This document shows positions 47,956 to 57,422 of a stretch of 64,000 nt of DNA, one piece after another. Each line of letters starts with the position of its first letter. Position 1 is the stretch's first letter. Position numbers and translations under genes: made by a program. The stretch is from Spirochaetia bacterium (lineage in GTDB: Bacteria > Spirochaetota > Spirochaetia > SZUA-6 > Bin103): the NCBI GenBank assembly GCA_965203055.1, contig OZ241863.1, forward strand, positions 3,072,001 through 3,136,000, given 5' to 3'. The notes beneath the pieces were generated by a model. It did no database searches, was not told the origin of the DNA, and was given only the letters and a program-made list of their open reading frames with translations.

Positions 47956-48902
47956 TCCGTTGCTGTCTCGCCGGCCTCGTCCGCGCCGGCCTCGCCGGTG
48001 AGCTCCAGGAAGATGTCCTCCAGAGTGAGCGCGGCGTTCTCCATGGCCAAGAGGCCCCAGCCCCGCCGCACCAGGGCGGCCGAGATCTGCGCCTGCGGCT
48101 GCTTCCCGGCCTCCAGCCGCGCCAGGTGGAACGGCTCCTGATACTTCACCTCCAGCACGCCTTCCACGCTGCCGAGCGCCGCGCTGACCTGCGCCGCCGG
48201 ACCGTCCACTCGCAGCCGCAGCCGCTCGCCGCCGGTGACCGTGGATGACAGGTGCTCGATGCTGTCCTGCGCCACGATCCTGCCCTGATGGATGATGAGT
48301 ACCCGCTGGCACACCATGCTCACCTCGGGAAGGATGTGGCTGGACAGCAGGATGGTGCGGTTTTCGCCGAGTTGCTTGATCAGCGCCCGCGTGTGGGCCA
48401 CCTGAATCGGATCGATGCCGATCGTCGGCTCATCCAGGATCAGGACGCCGGGGTCGTGGATGATCGATTGGGCGAGTCCCACCCGCTGCCGGAAGCCCTT
48501 CGAGAGCTTGGCCAGGATCACGTCCCGGTACTCCTGCAGGGCGCAGGTCTCGATCACCTCGTCCACGCGCCGGGCGGCCGCCCTCTTGTCGAGCCCGCGC
48601 AGCCGGCCCGCGAACCGCAGATAGCCGCGCGTGGTCATGTCGTAGTAGAGGGGGACGATCTCCGGCAGGTAGCCGAGGTGGCGGCGGCCGGCCAGCGAAT
48701 CCCGCGTCATGTCGTGCCCGGCGACGAACACCTCGCCGCGGGTGGGCATCAGGAACCCGGTCACCATCCTCATGGTGGTGGACTTGCCGGCGCCGTTGGG
48801 GCCGAGGAACCCGACGATCTCCCCCTGCTCGACGTTGAAGGAGATGGCGTCCACGGCGAGCCGTTCCCCGTAGTACTTGGTGAGATTCTCTACTCGTATC
48901 AT
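47952..48902 (-). CDS. ABC-2 ATP-binding protein (GldA-like)
   Basis: GPNGAGKSTT, LSKGFRQR, LDEPT, SSH, LEDIF. Confidence 0.92.
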   Translation of the reverse strand: MIRVENLTKYYGERLAVDAISFNVEQGEIVGFLGPNGAGKSTTMRMVTGFLMPTRGEVFVAGHDMTRDSLAGRRHLGYLPEIVPLYYDMTTRGYLRFAGRLRGLDKRAAARRVDEVIETCALQEYRDVILAKLSKGFRQRVGLAQSIIHDPGVLILDEPTIGIDPIQVAHTRALIKQLGENRTILLSSHILPEVSMVCQRVLIIHQGRIVAQDSIEHLSSTVTGGERLRLRVDGPAAQVSAALGSVEGVLEVKYQEPFHLARLEAGKQPQAQISAALVRRGWGLLAMENAALTLEDIFLELTGEAGADEAGETATE

Positions 48903-48980
48903 ATTTCCGTTTGCCGGCGGCGCGAATATAGCAAGAAAGGGCAGCGCTGCGTACCGGCGCGGCGGCTCCGGCGGCTCAGC

Positions 48981-49556
48981 TCACTGCGGGAGGTAGGGCG
49001 GCTCGGTGACGAGGCGCTCCATGATCTCGTACCAACTGCGGTCCACCGTGTAGACCCTGGTGGAGCCGACCAGGTGGAGGTAGAAGCTGAAGGTGTCGGG
49101 GGTCTCGTTGCCGATCACCAGGTCCACCGTGCCCGGGCCGCCGTCGCCGTGCTCGCCGCCGTGCTCCAGGTGTATCGTCATGCGCGGCGCCCGCAGCCCG
49201 AAGATCTCCAGCTCCTCCGGGCGGGCCGCGCCGGTGATGAGCCGATTCGCCCCCGGCCCGCTCAACAGGTAGGGCACGCCGCCCCCCCAGCGATCCAGGT
49301 CCACCCGCGGCCTTCCCGGTCGATCGAAGTACCATACGTGGTCGAGCCGGAACCACGCCTCCGCCAGCTCCTCGCGCGGGAGCGCGATTTCCACCCGCTG
49401 CAGGTCGCGCAGGTCGAACGACCACATGATCGGCCGCTCCGCCTCACGCTCCGTCTCCTCCGGCCCGCCGATGAGCAACCAGACCGCCGCCAGAGCGGCG
49501 GCCGCCGCGCCGAGGAGCGCCGCCAGCCGCAGCTTCATGTCCCGAGCGGCTTTCAA
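48981..49556 (-). CDS. DUF4340-like membrane-anchored protein
   Basis: N-terminal TM, LEIFGL..P, IGNETP...YL, VYTV. Usual partner of GldAFG-like systems. Alternative start 49538. Confidence 0.7.
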   Translation of the reverse strand: MKAARDMKLRLAALLGAAAAALAAVWLLIGGPEETEREAERPIMWSFDLRDLQRVEIALPREELAEAWFRLDHVWYFDRPGRPRVDLDRWGGGVPYLLSGPGANRLITGAARPEELEIFGLRAPRMTIHLEHGGEHGDGGPGTVDLVIGNETPDTFSFYLHLVGSTRVYTVDRSWYEIMERLVTEPPYLPQ

Positions 49557-51328
49557 CTGCGTTCATACCAGGCGGCCTGCGCCGAGAACATCTTCTGATA
49601 GAGTCCGCCGGCGGCGATCAATTCGTCATGGGTCCCCTCTTCCACGATGCGCCCGTGCTCCATTACCAGGATGCGGTCGGCGAAGCGCGCCGACCCGAGG
49701 CGGTGGGTAACGATGATCGCCGTGCGGCCGGCGCACACCTCGATGAATCTCTGATACAGCGCGGACTCTTCGAGCGGATCGATCGACGCGGTCGGTTCAT
49801 CCAGCACGATGGTGTCGTGGCTGCGGAACAGCCCGCGCGCGATCGCCAGCCGCTGCCACTCGCCCAGCGACAGGTCGCGCTCTCCGAACTCGCGCGACAG
49901 CATGAGGTCGAGCCCGTCATCCGAGCGCCACAGCTCGCGCGGCACGCCGCCCTCGGCCAGGGCCTGACGCAACGCCGCGGCATTCTCCGCGGAGGTGACG
50001 TCAGCCAGTATCACGTTCTCGCGCAGGGTCATCTGATAGCGCTGGAAGTTCTGGAATACCGCGGAGGTCCGCTCCCGCACGCCGTTCCTGGTCGCCTCCC
50101 GGGTATCGACGTTTCCTCTGATCACCTTGCCGCGGGTCGGGACGTACAACCCCAACAGGAGCTTGGCAAGGGTCGTCTTGCCGGCCCCGTTGGCGCCTAC
50201 CAACGCCAGCGTGGTACCGCGCGGGATCGAAAGGTCGATGTCCGTTACGCTGGCCGCGTCGGCGCCCGGATAGGCGAACGTCACGCCGCGCGCCGTGATC
50301 GCCCCCGAAATCGCGTCTCCGGCGCCGCGCCCCACCGGCCGCCCCTCGCCGCGCAGCAGAAACTCGATGAGATGAGCGGCGCGCGCACTATCCCGGTAGG
50401 ACCTCCCGATCAGATCCATGACCGATTGCGACCCCAGCATAAGTCTGGTCAAAGCGTAGACGACGGCGGCGAATTCTCCGACGCCAATGCTGCCGCCGGC
50501 CAACAACAGCGCCACCAGGACGAAGGAACCGCCGTAACCAAGCAGCACCAGCACGCTGAGTCCGAGATCGATGCCCCCCAGACGGAGCGCCTCACGCCAG
50601 TGCTTGGCGTTGAACAGTTGAATCCCGCTTCGATACCGCTGCAGCAGATGCTCCAGAATCCCCAAGGTACGGGTTTCCTTGAAGTACTCGCGATCCACCA
50701 TGCACCGTTCCAGGTAGCGAAACTCGCGCAGCGTGGGGATGGTCTTCGTTTCCAGCCGGTAATACCGGCTGCCCTGGATCACGTAGCTTGCGACGCGGGG
50801 CAGAAAGATCAATGGGACGATGACCGCAAGGAGCGGGGAAATCGTGTAGACGTACCCGGCTACCACGGCAGATGAGAGGAAACCGATAACCGGGTACATA
50901 AAATAGACCAGCATCGAAAGCGCGCCGGCGATTCCGGCTCGCGCCAACTCCAGGCGCTCGTTGGCATCGAGCGTCTCGAAGTCGATGAGCTCCAGACGCG
51001 CCGCCTTCTCGTTCATCAATTCAGCCGCGGAGCCTTCGACCTTGCCTTGAAAATAGATGCCGATGAGGTCGGCGAAACAGGCGAGTAGATCACGGGCCAA
51101 TATGACGGCGCCCAGGATCACGACAGCGCCCAACGCAGCCTCAATGAGCCCGGAGTTCGAGAGGATGGAAAGGGCGATCCGCAACTGATGAAACACGAGC
51201 AATTCCACTGCGGGTCGAAGAAGATTGATCAGCACGAAAGCGGTCAGAGCGAACGGTGTCCGGCGGGCGGCCATGCTCATCACCCTGCCGAGCGTGCGCA
51301 GATATGACAGTTTGCTAGGATAATCCAT
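49553..51328 (-). CDS. ABC exporter, fused permease/ATPase
   Basis: TM domain, GANGAGKTT, VFQNF, LSLGEWQR, LDEPT, THRL. Confidence 0.92.
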   Translation of the reverse strand: MDYPSKLSYLRTLGRVMSMAARRTPFALTAFVLINLLRPAVELLVFHQLRIALSILSNSGLIEAALGAVVILGAVILARDLLACFADLIGIYFQGKVEGSAAELMNEKAARLELIDFETLDANERLELARAGIAGALSMLVYFMYPVIGFLSSAVVAGYVYTISPLLAVIVPLIFLPRVASYVIQGSRYYRLETKTIPTLREFRYLERCMVDREYFKETRTLGILEHLLQRYRSGIQLFNAKHWREALRLGGIDLGLSVLVLLGYGGSFVLVALLLAGGSIGVGEFAAVVYALTRLMLGSQSVMDLIGRSYRDSARAAHLIEFLLRGEGRPVGRGAGDAISGAITARGVTFAYPGADAASVTDIDLSIPRGTTLALVGANGAGKTTLAKLLLGLYVPTRGKVIRGNVDTREATRNGVRERTSAVFQNFQRYQMTLRENVILADVTSAENAAALRQALAEGGVPRELWRSDDGLDLMLSREFGERDLSLGEWQRLAIARGLFRSHDTIVLDEPTASIDPLEESALYQRFIEVCAGRTAIIVTHRLGSARFADRILVMEHGRIVEEGTHDELIAAGGLYQKMFSAQAAWYERS

Positions 51329-53183
51329 ACCAATGCCGCTGCGTTTCGAACATCTGCGCGTACAAGCCGCGCTGTTCCATCAGTCCGGCGTGCGTGCCGC
51401 TCTCCGCGATCACGCCGTCATCGATCAACAGAATCTCGTCGGCGATCTTGGTCGACCCCAGACGATGACTGATGAACAGCGTGGTGACGCCGGCCGAGGC
51501 TTGAGCGTAGCGCCGATAGAGGTCGCTCTCGGCCAGCGGATCCAGCGCGGCGGTGGGCTCGTCGAGGATCCGTACCGGCGCTCCGCTGGCCAGGGAGCGG
51601 GCTATGGCCAGTCGCTGCCACTCTCCGCCCGACGCGTCCACGCCGCCCGGCAACACCTTGCCGAGCGGCGTGTCGATGCCGCGCGGCAACCGCCGGAGGA
51701 AGTCATCGAGACCGGCGCGTTGCAGGATCGCTTCCGTTGCGGGGCCGCCGGCGTTCGCCAGATCTCCGAACGCGACGTTATCGCGTACCGTGAGCGAGTA
51801 GCGGGCGAAGTCCTGGTACACGATGCCGTAGAGCCCGTTCAAGGCGTCCTGCGGCCACTCGTCGATGGAGGCGCCGTCGATGCGGATCTCACCCGCGGTT
51901 GGCCGATACAGCCCGGCCAGCAGCTTGATGATGGTCGACTTGCCCGACCCGTTCGCTCCGACGAGAGCGTAGTGGCGGCCTGCCTGCAGCGAGAAGCTGA
52001 CGCCGGCGAGCACCGGCTGCTGCGTATTGGGGTAGGTAAAGCCAACGCCGTCGAACTCGATGCGCTCGATCGTTCCCCGCGGCTTGCGCCGCGTGAACGA
52101 CGCGCCGCGCTCTTCCAACCGGCAGAAGGAGGTCAGATCGACCAGAAACTCGCGGTACTGGGCGATACGAGAGGTAATCTCGACGATCTGCACGGCTACT
52201 ATGTTCTCCGCCTGCAACAGCGCTGCCACCGCCGCGGTGTAGAAGGCGATGTCGATCGTCCCGCTGCGCAGCGGCGGCAGCAACGCCAGCATGGCGGCGA
52301 TGATACTGCCGATCACGATCACGCTCCCTGCTCTGAAGCGGAACCATTGGCGCGCGCATATCTTCAGGTCCAGCCGGCGCTCCCGGTCGTACGCCGTACG
52401 CCAGCGATCGTTTACGTACTTCGAGTATCCGAACAGGGTCCGTTCGCCGGCCGAGTCCCGTCCCTGCAGGACGCTTCCCGCCAGATACTCGGCGCGGCGC
52501 CGGAGGACCGACAGACGGCGCTCCAGCCGGTACACGCGCCGCCCTCCTCTCACGCCTAAGAGAATGAGCGGCGCCATGACCACAACCACCGCGGGGATGA
52601 TCCACCACCCAATCCGGGCCAGCACGACGGCGATTCCGACCACCCGTACGATGAGGCCCGCGGCGCCGATCACGTCATCGAACGCCTGCTTGACGGGGCC
52701 TCGTTCGGGCGTCGGCTCCGCTTCCCCGCGCGGCCCCATCTCGAGTCGACGGATCAGGTCCATCGTACCCGGGTGCTCGACGTATCGGTACGCCAAGCGC
52801 GCCCGCTTCTCCGTCAAGTCGACCCGAAACCCGCGCCGCAGGCCCGCTTCGATCCGGGCGTCGGTAAGCGTACGCGCACTCGTTTCGAGCAGTTCTACGG
52901 TGAACAATGAAACCAGAACCGCGACCGGTACGGCAATCGCTTCCCAGGGAAGCCGGCCCGCCGCCGTCTCCAGGGCCGTGGCTATGAAGCGTTCGATTGC
53001 CAGGACCATGAGCGGGCCACTCGCGACGCCCGCGGCCAGCGCCAGTACCGCGCGGATCAGCGCCGCAATTGGCGCGTCCTCGAACACGATGCCGACGCCG
53101 CTCAGCAGCGTATAACACCGCCCGGAAAAGCGCCCTCGAAAGCCGGTGGATGGGCTATGGTTGGTCTTCAAAGGGCTGCCCAA
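51315..53183 (-). CDS. ABC exporter, fused permease/ATPase (heterodimer partner)
   Basis: GANGSGKST, VYQDF, ASGGEWQR, LDEPT, SHRL. Start uncertain. Confidence 0.9.
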   Translation of the reverse strand: MGSPLKTNHSPSTGFRGRFSGRCYTLLSGVGIVFEDAPIAALIRAVLALAAGVASGPLMVLAIERFIATALETAAGRLPWEAIAVPVAVLVSLFTVELLETSARTLTDARIEAGLRRGFRVDLTEKRARLAYRYVEHPGTMDLIRRLEMGPRGEAEPTPERGPVKQAFDDVIGAAGLIVRVVGIAVVLARIGWWIIPAVVVVMAPLILLGVRGGRRVYRLERRLSVLRRRAEYLAGSVLQGRDSAGERTLFGYSKYVNDRWRTAYDRERRLDLKICARQWFRFRAGSVIVIGSIIAAMLALLPPLRSGTIDIAFYTAAVAALLQAENIVAVQIVEITSRIAQYREFLVDLTSFCRLEERGASFTRRKPRGTIERIEFDGVGFTYPNTQQPVLAGVSFSLQAGRHYALVGANGSGKSTIIKLLAGLYRPTAGEIRIDGASIDEWPQDALNGLYGIVYQDFARYSLTVRDNVAFGDLANAGGPATEAILQRAGLDDFLRRLPRGIDTPLGKVLPGGVDASGGEWQRLAIARSLASGAPVRILDEPTAALDPLAESDLYRRYAQASAGVTTLFISHRLGSTKIADEILLIDDGVIAESGTHAGLMEQRGLYAQMFETQRHWYGLS

Positions 53184-53185
53184 TC

Positions 53186-53221
53186 AAGAGAAGGAGGGCT
53201 CGGCGGCCTGCCAAGCCCTCC
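53186..53221 (-). terminator. Probable intrinsic terminator after the SBP gene
   Basis: Minus strand GGAGGGCT...AGCCCTCC followed by TTCTCTT. Confidence 0.6.
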
Positions 53222-53229
53222 CGTGGGGC

Positions 53230-54954
53230 CTAGTAGCCCATTGACCTCTTCAGATCCTGATCGATCCAGGTCCAGCCGAACGGCTGCAGGTAGGTATCGT
53301 CGTGGATCCAGCGGAACTCGCCGTAGTAGTTGTTGACCCACGGCCACCAGGCTTGCGAGATCGACTTCACGCCGTGCGGTATGTCGAGCGCCTGACTGAC
53401 CAGATACACCGCCGCTTCCTTGATGATCGCGGCCTGCGCGTCCGGGTCGGTCTCGGCGGCCATGCGCCGCATCATGTCGTCGAAGGTATCGTCGCTCCAC
53501 TGGTTGAGGTCGCGGGTGCGCCAGGACGACCAGTTGTTGGGCATGTCCAGCACCGGGTTGCCGGCGCCGTAGGCGTGCCGCGTCACGTGGTAGTCGTGGT
53601 TCCGGATCTTCTCCCGCTCCGCGGCCCCGGTCAGCCCGGAGATGTTGACGGTAACGCCGCAACGCTCCAATTGCGCCTTCCACAGCTCGCTGCGGCCGCC
53701 GCGAACGTGCATCGATTCCAGCTCGAATCCGTTCGGGAAGCCTTCCTCGGCCAGCATCTGCTTGGCCAGCTCGGGATCGTTGGAATACAGCACCGCCACG
53801 TCGTCCGGCAGCTCGGCGATCGGGGTGTACATGTTCTTCAGCGACGGGTAGATCGGCCACCAGTGAACCGGCAGCGCGCCCGGCTCCATCAAGCCGTGCG
53901 GGTCGGTAAGACCGTTGAACGCCTCGACGTCGGTGCAGATGAACAGCGCGCGCCGGACGTTCAGATTGTCCAGCGGCGGGCGCTTGACGTTCAGACCGAA
54001 GGCGGCGCCGAACGAGATCGCCAGGCGATCCTGAATCAGCTCCGGCGCGTTCTGGTCCAGCTCGGCCCACGACGGCCCGTAGACTGACGGCCCGCCGTCG
54101 GCGGTGCCGGTGCGCAGCGCCGCGACCTCGAACGAGAAGTCGGCCGCGATCGGCACCACGAATTCATCCAGGAACGGGAACTGGTACTCCTTGCCGTCGA
54201 TGACGGTGGTATTCCAGTAGTTCTCGTTCTTGACCATCGTGAAGTACTGGTCGGGCACGTACTGCTTGAACTGGAACGGACCGGTGCCGAGCTGGTTGTC
54301 CCACTCGCCGATGCCCTTCTCCAGCAGCTCCGGCGGGCTGATGTGCGACCGCCGCCGGCCCGCGAGCTCCAGGTTGAGCGAGGTATCGAAGGTCGCGAAC
54401 TCGATGATCACCTGATTGCCGTTGGCGCGGATGTCCTTGACCTTGTTGGTCCAGCTCGATCCCTCCGGGCCGTTCTTCCAGTGCAGCAGGTCGGACACGA
54501 TGTCCTCGGCGGTCAGCTCCCGGACCGGCATCCAGGACTGCTGCTGCTCGTTGGGCGCCCAGTTGATGCCCTCGCGCACCGTCCAGGTGATCTCCGTCGG
54601 AGTTACCTGCCAATCGGTGATCAACAGGCCCTTCCAGTACTTCTCGGGAATCGCGCCGATCAGCTTGAAGTCCCATTCGTTGCTGCCGCGCGGACCGTAG
54701 GTCTCGAAGTCGCCGATCATCGGCGTCTCCTGGATCAGCGAGGTGTACCACGTCCGGCCACCGTTCTGGTCCGCCGGATCCGGGCTGCCCGGCTTGTTGC
54801 CGGCGCGCGGCGCTATGGTGAAGGTCCCGCCGTAGACCGGCTCGCCGTCAGCCGCCATCGTGGCCGCGCTGGTCTCCTCCTCGCCGCTGGCAAACGACGT
54901 CGCCGCGGCGAGCGCCAAGGACAGCGCTGCCAACGTCAACTTTCTCATACGCAT
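53230..54954 (-). CDS. Family 5 ABC solute-binding protein
   Basis: SD AAGGAGG, signal peptide, PVYGGT, VREGINW, LGTGPF, AKQMLAEEGFPNGF. Confidence 0.9.
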   Translation of the reverse strand: MRMRKLTLAALSLALAAATSFASGEEETSAATMAADGEPVYGGTFTIAPRAGNKPGSPDPADQNGGRTWYTSLIQETPMIGDFETYGPRGSNEWDFKLIGAIPEKYWKGLLITDWQVTPTEITWTVREGINWAPNEQQQSWMPVRELTAEDIVSDLLHWKNGPEGSSWTNKVKDIRANGNQVIIEFATFDTSLNLELAGRRRSHISPPELLEKGIGEWDNQLGTGPFQFKQYVPDQYFTMVKNENYWNTTVIDGKEYQFPFLDEFVVPIAADFSFEVAALRTGTADGGPSVYGPSWAELDQNAPELIQDRLAISFGAAFGLNVKRPPLDNLNVRRALFICTDVEAFNGLTDPHGLMEPGALPVHWWPIYPSLKNMYTPIAELPDDVAVLYSNDPELAKQMLAEEGFPNGFELESMHVRGGRSELWKAQLERCGVTVNISGLTGAAEREKIRNHDYHVTRHAYGAGNPVLDMPNNWSSWRTRDLNQWSDDTFDDMMRRMAAETDPDAQAAIIKEAAVYLVSQALDIPHGVKSISQAWWPWVNNYYGEFRWIHDDTYLQPFGWTWIDQDLKRSMGY

Positions 54955-55118
54955 TCCTCCTTAAGGAACTGATCGAGAGATACGGACCCCGCCTGCCGAC
55001 CGCTCGCTCCGCGAGGTGGCTCAGTGGAGGCCCGGACTCTCAGTGTACGACGTATCCCCGTCCCGTGTCTACCCACCCGCCGCCGCCGCGCCGTACGCAT
55101 GCGCCGGTACACTGCGGA

Positions 55119-56084
55119 TCAGGTTGCCGGCGGGGAGTCGGCGTCGCTCTTTTGCAGCTTGCGCCGGGCGGCGTTTCCGCTGAAGCGCCCGGCGCCGCCG
55201 CGCAGCCTGGGATCCAGGATGTCGCGCAGGGCGTCGCCGAACATGTTGGTGCCGTACACCACCAGGGCCAGCGCCACGCCGGGCCAGATCACCAGGTGAG
55301 GCGCCTGGAACATGTGGAAGCGCACCTGTCCGCTGAGCATCGCTCCCCAGCTCGGGGTGGGCGGGCCGATGCCGAAACCGAGAAAGCTCAGTCCCGCCTC
55401 GGCGAGGATGTATCCCGGAACGCTGCCGGAAAACAGCACGATGGTCGGCGCCAGGATGTTGGGCAGCACGTGGCGCAGCAGGATGCGCCCGGTGCCGCTG
55501 CCGATTGCATGCGCCGCCGCCAGATACATGTCTTCCTTGATGCGGATCACGGTGCTGCGAATCAGCCGCGAGCCGACGATGCCGCCCAGCGACAGGATGA
55601 AGATCATGGCCCATACCGAGGTGCCGATGATCGACACCATCACCATCAGGATGATCAGACCGGGTATCGCCATCCAGGCGTCCACGAAGCGTTGGATGAC
55701 CATGTCCACGATGCCGCCCAGGTAGCCTGAGAGAATGCCGAGGATCAGCGAGATCACGACCGACGTGGCCGACGCCGCCAGGCCGATCGTCAGCGACGTG
55801 CGGGTGCCGATGACGATGCGGCTGAACATGTCGCGCCCCAGCAGGTCCGATCCCAGCAGAAACTCCCGCCCCGGCGGCTGCAGCCGCTTGTTGATGTCCG
55901 AGGCGTTCATGTCGTAGGGCGCTATCGTCTCCGCGAACACCGCCGTCAGCAGCGACGCGACGGTGATCAGCAGACCGAACGCGCCGAGCGGATGGTGGCG
56001 AAACAGCTTCACGAAGAAGCCGCCGATCCGGTTCGGCTCCTGCGTCTCGGCGGCCAGTATGCGCGTTACGTTGGCGTCCGCCAT
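55119..56084 (-). CDS. Dpp/Opp-type ABC permease (DppC-like)
   Basis: LGSDLLGRD, RHVLPN, EAGLSFLG, GDALRDILDP. Start at ATG 56084. Confidence 0.92.
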   Translation of the reverse strand: MADANVTRILAAETQEPNRIGGFFVKLFRHHPLGAFGLLITVASLLTAVFAETIAPYDMNASDINKRLQPPGREFLLGSDLLGRDMFSRIVIGTRTSLTIGLAASATSVVISLILGILSGYLGGIVDMVIQRFVDAWMAIPGLIILMVMVSIIGTSVWAMIFILSLGGIVGSRLIRSTVIRIKEDMYLAAAHAIGSGTGRILLRHVLPNILAPTIVLFSGSVPGYILAEAGLSFLGFGIGPPTPSWGAMLSGQVRFHMFQAPHLVIWPGVALALVVYGTNMFGDALRDILDPRLRGGAGRFSGNAARRKLQKSDADSPPAT

Positions 56085-56086
56085 CG

Positions 56087-57076
56087 CTACTTGTACTGCA
56101 CCTTGGGGTCCAGAAATCCGTACAGGATGTCGGTGATTACGTTGATCACCACGATGCCGAACGAAATGACGATCATGATCCCGCTGATCAACGGATAATC
56201 GCGCGTGTTGAGCGCCGTGATCCCCATGAACCCCATACCCGGCAGGTTGAAGATCTGTTCGATGATGACCGAGCCGCTGATCAGAATCGGGATCTGCAGG
56301 CCCATCACGGTCACCACCGGGATCATGGTGTTCTTCAACGCGTGGCGGGCCACCACCAGCACCTCCCGGAGTCCCTTCGACCACGCCGTGCGGATGTAGT
56401 CCTGGCGCAGGACCTCGAGCATCATGGTCCGCACCCAGCGCATCATCCCCCCCCCCATCAGCAGCGCCGTGACCAGCGCCGGCACCCAGATGCCGCGCAG
56501 ATTCTTCAGCGGGTTGTCCAGGAACGGGGTCCACAACACCGGCGGCAGATAGCCCCACCACAGGCCGGGAAACACGATGACTACGGTGGCCACCCAGAAG
56601 CTGGGCGCCGAGATGAAGATGATCGCGAAGCTGCGCCCGGCGTAGTCGGCCAACGTGTTCTGGCGCAGCGCCGAGATGATCCCGATCGGCAGCGAGATGA
56701 GCTGCGCCAGGATGAAGCTGATCAGCCCCAGCTCGAAGGTGACCGGCAGCTTCTCGCCGATCATCTCCGTCACCGGCCGCCGCTGCTTCCACGAGATGCC
56801 CAGATCGCCCTGCAGCAGTCCGGCGTAGACGCCGTCCGCCTGCGGGGTCACCCCCAGGAACCGCCCGTACTGCAGCACCGGCGACTGGCCAAGGCCGTAG
56901 TGCGCCCGCAGCTTTTCCTCGTCCACCTCGGCGATCACCCCGGCCTCCTCCATCTGCCAGATCAGGTCGTCCACGATGTCGCCGGGCACCATCCGCATCA
57001 GGAAGAAGATGATGAGGGTGATGATGAAGACGGTCGGGATGACCAGCAGCAATCGCCTGATCAGGTAAGCTCGCAT
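56087..57076 (-). CDS. Dpp/Opp-type ABC permease (DppB-like)
   Basis: PGD, GDLGIS, DYIRTAWSKG, RHALKN, RDYP, LDPK. Confidence 0.92.
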   Translation of the reverse strand: MRAYLIRRLLLVIPTVFIITLIIFFLMRMVPGDIVDDLIWQMEEAGVIAEVDEEKLRAHYGLGQSPVLQYGRFLGVTPQADGVYAGLLQGDLGISWKQRRPVTEMIGEKLPVTFELGLISFILAQLISLPIGIISALRQNTLADYAGRSFAIIFISAPSFWVATVVIVFPGLWWGYLPPVLWTPFLDNPLKNLRGIWVPALVTALLMGGGMMRWVRTMMLEVLRQDYIRTAWSKGLREVLVVARHALKNTMIPVVTVMGLQIPILISGSVIIEQIFNLPGMGFMGITALNTRDYPLISGIMIVISFGIVVINVITDILYGFLDPKVQYK

Positions 57077-57422
57077 GTCCGTGGGGAGGCTTCTTCTACC
57101 GCACCGCTCGAACCCCTGTCAAGCTCTCAGGCCGCGCCGGGCGGGCGCAGGGCGCCGCGGCCAGCGCCCGGAGGGCCCGCGGCGCGGCAGCAACTCGGCG
57201 GCTCCGGCGGCGGGTGGCGGGCGGCGGACCGCGGCGGTGGCGGCGGCGCTACCGTCGGTCGCCGATGGAGCCGGCCAATAGCGCGTCGTGGTGGTCAGCC
57301 GCTGTGCAGCCCGGCAGGGCCGTAGTACCAGTCCACGCCGTCGGCGCAGCAAGGGTAGGGTAACTCCGTCTACCCCCCAGCAGCGGTTGACGGAACGGCC
57401 GCCCATCGTAAGATTGCGCGGC

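Noticed and set aside
45671..48902. Gliding motility from gldAFG-like genes
   Set aside because: These ABC-2 systems are widespread in non-gliding bacteria, and no gldK-N or T9SS genes are present.
49553..53183. RiPP or bacteriocin cluster
   Set aside because: No C39 peptidase domain, precursor peptide or modifying enzyme nearby.
57077..57420. GC-rich intergenic region as ncRNA or small ORF
   Set aside because: Low-complexity GGC-rich sequence with no recognisable motif beyond divergent promoters.
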